Positions 56,740 through 64,000 of a stretch of 64,000 nucleotides of DNA are shown piece after piece (the stretch's first letter is position 1; the number at the start of each line of letters is the position of its first letter). The position numbers and the translations under genes were made by a program. The DNA lies in NCBI GenBank assembly GCA_030427965.1, contig JAUICD010000005.1, positions 19,389 to 83,388 on the forward strand. Reading direction: 5' to 3'. This DNA comes from Bdellovibrionia bacterium (GTDB lineage Bacteria > Bdellovibrionota > Bdellovibrionia > Bdellovibrionales > JAUICD01). The notes beneath the pieces are model-generated. The model was not told where the DNA came from. It searched no databases and saw nothing but the letters and a program-made list of their open reading frames with translations.

Positions 56740-58569
56740 TCACTCATGAATTTGACTATCCCACATAGATTTATAAGTGCCGTTTTTAAATAAAAGCTCT
56801 TCATGTGTACCTTGTTCAACAATTTTTCCATCATCTAGAACAATAATTTCATCAGATTCAACAACTGTTGAAAGTCGATGAGCGATCGTAAGAGTCGTAT
56901 AGTTTTTTGAAATTTCCCCGAAGGCCTTCAATATCTCTTGCTCTGTGTGGGTGTCCAATGAAGAGGTTGCTTCATCAAATAGAAGAATTTGAGGCTTTTT
57001 TAAAATAGCTCTGGCAATTGCCACTCGTTGTTTCTCCCCTCCTGATAATTTCAACCCCCTTTCTCCTACCTGGGTGTCATATCCTTCTGGTAAGGTTTTT
57101 ACAAATTCATGAATTTGCGCTAGAGAAGCCACTTCTTGAATTTCCTTTTGAGAAGCTCCTGGGGAACCATAAGCAATGTTATAACCAATGGTATTATTGA
57201 ACAATACTGTGTCTTGTGGAACAACACCGATCTTTGATCGTAGCGAATTTTGTTTTACGCTTTTGACGTCTTGCCCACCCAACGTAATAGATCCGCTATT
57301 CACATCATAGAAACGAAATAACAAACGCGAAAGAGTGGACTTACCCGCCCCACTTGACCCTACAATTGCCATATTTTTCCCAGAGGGCACTTTAAAACTG
57401 ATCCCTTTTATTATCTCTCGATCCGCGTTGTAACCAAAGCGCACATTGGAAAACTCAATATCTGAAGTGTTTGGCAAACAGCCCACAGCATCAGGGGAAT
57501 CTTGGATAGTTGCATTGACTCGCATTAATTCAAACATTTTCTCCATATCCACCAAACTGTTCTTCACTTCACGGTACACAAAACCTAGAAAATTGAGCGG
57601 CAAATAGAGTTGAATCATATAAGTGTTCACCAATACAAAGTCCCCTATGGTCATGGTTTTGTCGACAACCCCCTGCCCCGCTCGAAGCATAATAATCACA
57701 AGCCCTGTGCAAATAATAATAGCTTGAATAACATTTAATAGAGAAAGACTGGATTGACTGCGAATGGCTGCTTTTTCATAACCTGCCAAGGATTCATCAA
57801 ATTTCATGTATTCGTGTTCTTCATTGCCAAAATACTTTACAGTCTCAAAATTTATAAGACTATCAATTGCACTTGTATTGGCTTTTGATTCCTTAGCATT
57901 CATGGTCTTTCTAAATTTAAGTCGCCATTCAGTTACTGTGAGAGTTGTTCCAATATACAAAACAATTGTAACAAGAATAATCAAAGCATAGATGTAGTCA
58001 AAGTTATAAACTAGCACAGCCGTTACAAGACCCACTTCCAGAAGAGTTGGTAAAATATTAAAGGAGAGAAATCGCAAGATAAAACTGATGCCCCTTGTTC
58101 CACGCTCAATTACCCTTGAGAGACCTCCTGTTTGTCTTGAGAGGTGAAACTCCAGTGATAAATTGTGCAAATGTTTAAATGTTAATAAACCAATGGTTCT
58201 CTGGGCATGTTGAACCACTTTCACAAACAATAGGTCACGAAGCTCTCCAAAAAAACTAACTCCAAGCCTTGCCAGTCCATAAGCTATAATCAAAGCAACT
58301 GGCAAAACCAAAAGCCCCTCAGCGAGAGTAAACTCATCAATTGTCATCTTTAAAAGATAAGGAACATAGATATTTACAGCCTTAGCAAATCCCAAAAGCA
58401 AGAGGGCGGCAATCAGTCGGATTTTTAAATCCAATCTTTTTTCAGGCCAAAGATAGCTCCCCAAAGCCCTAAGCGTTTGACCATGTTGAATGCTCGAATT
58501 CTCACGTTCAGTATCAAAGGCAGCTGGTCTCATCTGTAAAAAGATAGGCAGCAATAAAGAATAAGTCAC
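56740..58569 (-). CDS. ABC transporter, fused permease/ATPase (ATM1/ABCB7-like exporter)
   Basis: 609 aa. Six TM segments, Walker A 'GSSGAGKST', signature 'LSGGEKQR' and Walker B 'ILLFDEATS'. Confidence 0.85.
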   Translation of the reverse strand: MTYSLLLPIFLQMRPAAFDTERENSSIQHGQTLRALGSYLWPEKRLDLKIRLIAALLLLGFAKAVNIYVPYLLKMTIDEFTLAEGLLVLPVALIIAYGLARLGVSFFGELRDLLFVKVVQHAQRTIGLLTFKHLHNLSLEFHLSRQTGGLSRVIERGTRGISFILRFLSFNILPTLLEVGLVTAVLVYNFDYIYALIILVTIVLYIGTTLTVTEWRLKFRKTMNAKESKANTSAIDSLINFETVKYFGNEEHEYMKFDESLAGYEKAAIRSQSSLSLLNVIQAIIICTGLVIIMLRAGQGVVDKTMTIGDFVLVNTYMIQLYLPLNFLGFVYREVKNSLVDMEKMFELMRVNATIQDSPDAVGCLPNTSDIEFSNVRFGYNADREIIKGISFKVPSGKNMAIVGSSGAGKSTLSRLLFRFYDVNSGSITLGGQDVKSVKQNSLRSKIGVVPQDTVLFNNTIGYNIAYGSPGASQKEIQEVASLAQIHEFVKTLPEGYDTQVGERGLKLSGGEKQRVAIARAILKKPQILLFDEATSSLDTHTEQEILKAFGEISKNYTTLTIAHRLSTVVESDEIIVLDDGKIVEQGTHEELLFKNGTYKSMWDSQIHE

Positions 58570-58666
58570 GAAGTCTCACTCCTATTGAGAGTGATTTTTT
58601 CCAAAAGCAGTATCAATATTACCAATTCCAGTACGAATCCCCCATCTTCGAAGGAAATCTCGTATA

Positions 58667-58694
58667 CTACCCCCCCATAGTAATGGGGGGGTAG
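58667..58694. other. C7/G7 hairpin in a divergent intergenic region
   Basis: 10-bp stem ctaccccccc / gggggggtag with the 8-nt loop 'atagtaat'. It ends 22 nt before GTG 58717. Confidence 0.6.
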
Positions 58695-58716
58695 ACTAGA
58701 AGTAGGAGAACACAAA

Positions 58717-60216
58717 GTGAGATTTATTTTGGGTTTCGTTTTTTTAGGAATTCTTTTTACTTCTTTTTCCAGTCATGCAGATATCCCGTCCTTCACTCAC
58801 GTGCAGAAAGAACCTGAAGATAGCTCAGATCAATTTAAATACGACCAAGAGCTAAAAACTCCACCTGAGAAACCCTCAATTCGGGGCCTACGCTATGTCT
58901 ACTTCCATGCCCTTCGTGATATCTATAAAATATACAATGATCGCCTAAACCCCGATTCCGAGAATTACCCCTTTAAGAATTACAAAGAATACGCTGCTGA
59001 TCCACGGATCTTAAGGCGCAGTTTAAAAACCCTCTATGAAAAGCTCTATGAAGACTACGAAAATGTTTTACCTAAACTAGAGGAAAATGAAGATTACGAA
59101 CTCTCTCCTAGTGAAAGAATTGTTGTAGATCTTCATGAAAGAATCACATCTCAAGTATGGATGATGGAATATGCTTTTCAAAAAATGCTGGACCTTGCTC
59201 ACTTAAAGGCAACTCAAAGAAGAGTGAAAGGATGGTTCAATTATTATGATTATGAAATGGGAAATCTCTTCAGTTGGATCAACTCTTCAGCCCAAGCAAA
59301 ATCCGTTCTTATGGAAATCATTGATCCAACATTTGCCACTCAAGAAAACCTTCACCTTGCACTTGAAGATCTCGTAAGAGACATATTGAATTTAGTTAAC
59401 TCAGAAGACCCCTGGAAAAAAGAACGGGAAGCATACAGTCGTATAGACCATATTGCTAATAAGTATTATCGCCTAGAATACACACTCAACCTCTTTGCTA
59501 GAAAAATTGAAGGGTCGATTGAATACGCAGACAATCTTGTGTCTTCAAAATCTTCTCCAAAAACTTTTGAAGAATTATTTGAAATTGCAAAAAACCTTGG
59601 CCAAGGATTAAAATCAACCCTTGAGGGTATTAAGGTTTTTGAATCCACATATCAATACGGTCGAGCCGGATTGCCTGGTGAATTCAACAGATGGCCAATC
59701 AATGGAATACGCCTAAGCTATCCTTTTTTTGATCTATCTGAAGTATATGGGGATCAGGTTCGGATACACACATCAGGAAGAACTCTATACGAAGATAGAG
59801 TCAACGGTCCTCAATTTGGCATTCGTGTGTATTCCGCATCAATCATTACGCAGTATGTTTTCGCGGTGGGTGCATTAGTCAACCAATTGGGACGCACAAA
59901 AGAGGGACGGGGGGATTTAAAAGAAAGATTGCAAGAGGGAATCAAAAGACTTGCTTCAGGGTTACATCTATCCAAAAACCAAGAAATAACTCCAAGTGAA
60001 ATGATAGATGATTCAAGATCTGCTGCATCTTCCCTACTTCTATCCGCTTCATTACAGAAAGAGGAAACTCTACCTACTACAACAGTTCAAAAAAGAGCCG
60101 ATCTTGAATCCAAACTCTGGGATGTTTTCTTTGAACATGCCGAACTTGCCAGCTCATCAAGCGACAAGTCCTCTTGCCCAAGCGCTTTGATGGCTTTGAC
60201 CCCTATCAGAGATTGA
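58717..60216 (+). CDS. Secreted hypothetical protein
   Basis: 499 aa. AGGAGA RBS and GTG start. Signal peptide 'FLGILFTSFSSHA'. Largely helical and rich in Tyr and Glu. No motif recognised. Confidence 0.5.
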   Translation: MRFILGFVFLGILFTSFSSHADIPSFTHVQKEPEDSSDQFKYDQELKTPPEKPSIRGLRYVYFHALRDIYKIYNDRLNPDSENYPFKNYKEYAADPRILRRSLKTLYEKLYEDYENVLPKLEENEDYELSPSERIVVDLHERITSQVWMMEYAFQKMLDLAHLKATQRRVKGWFNYYDYEMGNLFSWINSSAQAKSVLMEIIDPTFATQENLHLALEDLVRDILNLVNSEDPWKKEREAYSRIDHIANKYYRLEYTLNLFARKIEGSIEYADNLVSSKSSPKTFEELFEIAKNLGQGLKSTLEGIKVFESTYQYGRAGLPGEFNRWPINGIRLSYPFFDLSEVYGDQVRIHTSGRTLYEDRVNGPQFGIRVYSASIITQYVFAVGALVNQLGRTKEGRGDLKERLQEGIKRLASGLHLSKNQEITPSEMIDDSRSAASSLLLSASLQKEETLPTTTVQKRADLESKLWDVFFEHAELASSSSDKSSCPSALMALTPIRD

Positions 60217-60224
60217 AAAACCAA

Positions 60225-60698
60225 TCATCTACTACTAGATTGATCCGACTTAAATTTAGCCTTTACATAGAGTGTTTTCTTCACTTCAGCAATCGTATCT
60301 CCATCTAAGTCTATAATTTTTGTATCAAAACCTGGTAAAACCTTTTCACCCGTTGCTGCTTTGTTTTTTATTTTAGAAAGTTCAAGGTCATTTATTTCAA
60401 ATCGAGCTGTTACAGTTTCCCTTGTGGCCTTTAAGAATTTAATATTGGATTCCACGTCCCAGATGTAGTAATTCCTCCCCAGTTTATGGGCGAGTATGAA
60501 GACATAAAATGGATCACACATAGAATACAAACTTCCACCATACATTGTTCCAAAAGCATTGGAGTTCCATTTGGATAACTTCATTTGACTCACAACATAG
60601 CCCTTATCTAAATCAAACTCCTTGACTGAAATTCCACTAAAGAAAAAGGGGGGCCAATATTTAAAGTATTTCATTATGGTAACTGGGCTTATTTTCAT
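60225..60698 (-). CDS. Hotdog-fold protein (DUF4442 / YiiD_C-like putative thioesterase)
   Basis: 157 aa. 'NAFGTMYGGSLYSMCDP' is typical of PaaI/DUF4442 hotdog proteins. Confidence 0.6.
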   Translation of the reverse strand: MKISPVTIMKYFKYWPPFFFSGISVKEFDLDKGYVVSQMKLSKWNSNAFGTMYGGSLYSMCDPFYVFILAHKLGRNYYIWDVESNIKFLKATRETVTARFEINDLELSKIKNKAATGEKVLPGFDTKIIDLDGDTIAEVKKTLYVKAKFKSDQSSSR

Positions 60699-60890
60699 TT
60701 TTCCCTTTTCTATTTCAAATAAAATGTGTTTTTAAAAAAATAATCTGAACCAATCCCATGCCTCTTAAGACATCATTTGAACTGAACCCCTTTTTGTCAA
60801 ACTTAGTTTACCCTCTTTTAAAAATTTTGCTTTTGCTTTGCATACATCAGACAATTGGGTAAATTCTTATTAGAGACATTAGGACTAAAT

Positions 60891-61352
60891 ATGACAAAAA
60901 TTTATATCGATGCCGACGGTTGCCCCGTCAAAGATGAGGTTTACCGCGTTGCTGAGCGCTACCAATTATCCGTACTACTAGTGGCCAATAAACCTTTGAA
61001 TTTACCACTAAACCCTCTTTTAAAAATGATTGTTGTAAATGGTGATTTTGATGCCGCCGATGACTGGATAGTGAAAAATGGACAACCTGGAGATATCGTC
61101 ATTACAGCTGATATTTTACTAGCCGATCGATGTGTTAAAAAATCAATGCGTGTTCTTGGGCACAAAGGCGATGAATTCACTGAGGACAATATCGGGTCTG
61201 CCGTGGCCAATAGAGAACTTATGCAAAACCTCAGACAAATGGGAGAGGCAAGAGGAGGCCCAGCACCTATGAATAAGAAGGCGCGATCTCAATTTTTAGG
61301 AACCCTTGATAGAATCATCCAATCACTCAAACGTGAGGGCAAGGTTCATTAA
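60891..61352 (+). CDS. YaiI/YqxD family protein (UPF0178/DUF188)
   Basis: 153 aa counted from ATG 60891. '[11 protein letters not shown]' and 'DDWIV......[12 protein letters not shown]'. Confidence 0.85.
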   Translation: MTKIYIDADGCPVKDEVYRVAERYQLSVLLVANKPLNLPLNPLLKMIVVNGDFDAADDWIVKNGQPGDIVITADILLADRCVKKSMRVLGHKGDEFTEDNIGSAVANRELMQNLRQMGEARGGPAPMNKKARSQFLGTLDRIIQSLKREGKVH

Positions 61353-61395
61353 AATAATCACTTGATTGTTGAGTATGTTTTGATTTTATAGAGCT

Positions 61396-61995
61396 ATGAA
61401 GCATTTAAAGATGTCATCCATTCAGCAACTGATTGAAACTGTACAGTTTGAAATCGAAGAAAGCATTGCAAATCTAGATAAAAAACGGAAGCTCAAAGTA
61501 TTTCTCCCGGCTGGCAATACATGTCGTCCTATCTATGAAAGTTGGGCCAAGAATGTACCAAATTTTTTAGAAAGAATAGAACCTTACCAAATCGATGAAA
61601 TCCTTGACGGCAAAAGCCAGTTTGCTCAATTTTTTTCTAACCACCTTCCAATACCAGTTTCAAAAATCGACAAAGGAAATGTGACATGCGACCTGGCGCT
61701 ATTGGGGCTCGGACTAAATGGACATGTTGGTTTTCATGAGCCCGGTATAGATGAAAGGTTTTATTCCGGATGTCTTCCACTCTCCCCCTCTACTTGTAAA
61801 AACCTCAACATACCCACCAGTGCCTGGGGAGTTACATATGGAGTAGGTGCTTTTAAAGAATGTAAAAAAATATTGCTCATTGTTCGAGGAAGCTCAAAGC
61901 AAGAAATTCTCTCCAAGTGCTTAAGAGGAGCCCCCCTGCCTGGAGCCAAAATTCTGGAATTGCCCCAGACCCAACTGATAGAGCTTGAAGTATGA
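61396..61995 (+). CDS. Short glucosamine-6-phosphate deaminase / 6-phosphogluconolactonase family protein
   Basis: 199 aa. 'LLGLGLNGHVGFHEPG' is the family signature. The protein is shorter than typical NagB or Pgl. Confidence 0.65.
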   Translation: MKHLKMSSIQQLIETVQFEIEESIANLDKKRKLKVFLPAGNTCRPIYESWAKNVPNFLERIEPYQIDEILDGKSQFAQFFSNHLPIPVSKIDKGNVTCDLALLGLGLNGHVGFHEPGIDERFYSGCLPLSPSTCKNLNIPTSAWGVTYGVGAFKECKKILLIVRGSSKQEILSKCLRGAPLPGAKILELPQTQLIELEV

Positions 61996-62163
61996 GTCAC
62001 CCTACTTTTTTGTTTATATTATCCTCAATCGTTGAGCCAAAATTGTCGAAATCCCCCAATCAAGAAAAAGGCCTCCTCGGAAGGTTTATTTCACTTGTTA
62101 TTTCAGGTATTTATCGACCACCCAGCTCCGTTATCCGGCATAGATTTCGCAGACTATTTTGAT

Positions 62164-62919
62164 ATGAAAAAATCAAGTTTCAAAGTCTTACTATTTGCAG
62201 TCGCTTTTACAACAGCAACGGCCTCATACTCGTTTGATACAAAAGGCTGCTCTGATTCTCTCACTGAGGTGAAACAAAACCCCAAGTCCCCTAGTGCTCG
62301 TTTTATGAAATTATTGGGCTTAGGGTTATCAACTGATCTTTCATTTTTGCTAAACCAACCTCTTGATATTTTTCGTGCGATGACAAATGCTACACCTGAT
62401 CTTATATCTCGAAGAGGAGTTTGGAGATATTTATTGAATCTTCATCTTTTTGGATACGATTTTAGTGGAAAGAAAATACTAGATGTCGCTAGTGGTAAGA
62501 GTCAGTTCACAACTGTAGTCAATCAGGTTTATGGAGACACAGGAACACTAGCAGTGGCTTTAGATTACTTTGCCGAAAGAGGTTATGAGGGTGACATCTA
62601 CACAAGGGGTGATGCGTATCAACTGCCTTTTCGAGATTCTACATTTGATTTGACCACTTCAAGTTGGTTTTTAAATAATGTTTGGACAGACATTTTACCA
62701 TCAGGCGATATGGCTCTCTTAACAGCAGTAGACGAAATGATTCGAGTTACAAAACCTGGAGGACAAGTACGTTTTGTTATGTCACTTTTTAACCTCAACT
62801 CAGCCGTAGACAACCTGAATCGTTTCTTAGAAAACCACCCTAGAATCGAAAAGTTCTCACTCTTTCTCCCTCTTATTCCAGGCACAGGGCGAATCAAAAT
62901 CATTTTAAAGGAAAATTAA
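62164..62919 (+). CDS. Class I SAM-dependent methyltransferase with an N-terminal signal/anchor sequence
   Basis: 251 aa counted from ATG 62164. Motif I 'ILDVASGKS', 'YQLPFRDSTFDL' and 'KPGGQVRFV'. Confidence 0.7.
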   Translation: MKKSSFKVLLFAVAFTTATASYSFDTKGCSDSLTEVKQNPKSPSARFMKLLGLGLSTDLSFLLNQPLDIFRAMTNATPDLISRRGVWRYLLNLHLFGYDFSGKKILDVASGKSQFTTVVNQVYGDTGTLAVALDYFAERGYEGDIYTRGDAYQLPFRDSTFDLTTSSWFLNNVWTDILPSGDMALLTAVDEMIRVTKPGGQVRFVMSLFNLNSAVDNLNRFLENHPRIEKFSLFLPLIPGTGRIKIILKEN

Positions 62920-62993
62920 ATACCAATATTTAGTATACCTATTTTGACGCGAAATAGTCGTTACTATCAATAAAGCTCAGAAAAAATATTGAC

Positions 62994-63824
62994 TTAAACA
63001 GCAACTGTTAGCCCTTCACAAAAGTGGATAAATTCACTCAATTCTTTCAAATTATTCACAACGGAAACTTTATCAATTGTAAGAGCTGGCCCACTGTTTT
63101 GGTCTGCCAATGAAACTATTGAATAGTTTGTTTCCAATATACTTTTGGTTTTTTTTGCATCTACGGGTCCAACCATGACATATTTAGCCTCATTGGAACC
63201 AGAAATTCTCTTCTCGATTGCACGAATACATTCTGCCTCATACATTGCTTGATATTTTCTATCTGGCCGCAGCGATGTCTTTATAGAACAAAATGCAATG
63301 CAATCTTCAAATGGAATTGGATCTTTCATCAGATGCTTATAACTTCCCAAAATATCATCAATAACGCTCTCTGAATTCACACTGTTTGATTCAAAGCTTA
63401 GAATTTTCTTTTTCCATTCATTTAAAACCTTTGGAACATTTCTTATAAAGAGCATATCTGGCATACTTAAGTTTAGGGTATAGTTTGGGGGAATGTTGAT
63501 TTTATTGCCCACATTATTAAAAATCTGAAATAGCGTGTGCTCGCTTGCCGTTCCAAGCTTCACAAAACACCGAGCATCCATATCTTGTATTGCCAAGTTC
63601 AACGAATAGATCAAAAGAATTTCAAACCAACGCCCTCTACAGTTACTCAACGAACCCGTTGTAGCATCTGGAAAACTCTGAATGGCCCGATCACTCAACA
63701 TATCTAACACAGATGTAAAGGACTCACCTTCCTCCAGTTGACGCAGGCAGTTGCTTAAATTCACACCTAGTATTTCTTTGCTTGGTACGCCACTCATACA
63801 CGTACAAATCGGCCACAAATCCAA
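62994..63824 (-). CDS. Cfr10I/Bse634I/NgoMIV-family type II restriction endonuclease (predicted CCGG-core specificity)
   Basis: 'RGRWFEILLI' compares with Cfr10I 'GDWYEWLIG' and its Glu. 'MPDMLFI' is the PD motif. 'SIKTSLRPDRKYQAMYE' carries the S-x-K, the R-x-D-R CCGG-reading motif, and a Glu 14 residues after the Lys. The start is TTG 63824 or ATG 63797. The comparison is from my memory of the Cfr10I sequence. Confidence 0.6.
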   Translation of the reverse strand: MDLWPICTCMSGVPSKEILGVNLSNCLRQLEEGESFTSVLDMLSDRAIQSFPDATTGSLSNCRGRWFEILLIYSLNLAIQDMDARCFVKLGTASEHTLFQIFNNVGNKINIPPNYTLNLSMPDMLFIRNVPKVLNEWKKKILSFESNSVNSESVIDDILGSYKHLMKDPIPFEDCIAFCSIKTSLRPDRKYQAMYEAECIRAIEKRISGSNEAKYVMVGPVDAKKTKSILETNYSIVSLADQNSGPALTIDKVSVVNNLKELSEFIHFCEGLTVAV

Positions 63825-64000
63825 TTGTTTATAGTCTAGTTATTCGGTATAAAGTTAGTGATTTCAGGGGGAAACAACTAGTTGGACATCACAAGTATTG
63901 AACCCAAAAATAATAACAAAGCGGAAGAAAGAAAAATTCGCCTGCCCGTTTTCAAATCCCCCCCCAAGATACTTAATCATTATACTTTTACTCCAAAAAC

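Noticed and set aside
62164-62919. The SAM-dependent methyltransferase as the cognate DNA methylase of the adjacent endonuclease
   Set aside because: It has an N-terminal signal or anchor sequence. It has Methyltransf_11-like motifs only, with no PCQ/ENV (m5C) or (D/N/S)PP(Y/F) (m6A/m4C) motif and no target-recognition domain. It is convergent with the endonuclease gene.
1-64000. Search for tRNA, rRNA, CRISPR arrays, IS elements, integrases or prophage genes
   Set aside because: None of the intergenic segments shows cloverleaf-compatible sequence or repeat-spacer structure. No ORF resembles a transposase, integrase or phage protein. The absence is judged by eye only, and an automated scan (tRNAscan, Infernal, ISfinder) should confirm it.

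Overview
AT-rich bacterial chromosomal window, densely coding, with about 58 supported protein genes. I found no rRNA, tRNA, CRISPR array, transposase or integrase. Housekeeping anchors are glnS, monomeric icd, rsgA, rnhA, ctaA, yciH and an ada-like gene. Between them sits a large set of signal-peptide-bearing hydrolases: a two-HKD phospholipase D, a lipase-like alpha/beta hydrolase, an astacin metalloprotease, a compact subtilase and a GH1 beta-glucosidase. Together with a eukaryote-type sphingolipid desaturase, this content resembles a predatory Bdellovibrio-like or Bacteriovorax-like organism. That assignment is inference only.

The observations most worth a second look are:
1. A Cfr10I/Bse634I-like restriction endonuclease gene at the 3' edge. 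It goes with an apparent complete absence of RCCGGY among about 63 CCGG sites that I counted by eye.
2. A membrane-anchored AAA+/P-loop NTPase whose stop overlaps the start of an MscS channel gene. It looks like a split MscK with an inserted ATPase.
3. An operon of a DUF785 retropepsin-like protease, a RimK fused to a TrkA_C domain, and an AstE/ASPA-like metallohydrolase.
4. A 1366-aa secreted coiled-coil/repeat protein translationally coupled to a 222-aa minimal subtilase.
5. An ArsR-family gene that appears leaderless. Its ATG sits at the centre of a perfect 30-bp palindrome overlapping a near-consensus promoter.
6. A Prx5-Grx, flavoprotein disulfide reductase and OxyR operon with an ATAG-N7-CTAT site upstream.
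7. An NDH-2-like::SelD fusion.

All functional calls come from motif recognition by eye. No database search was run.
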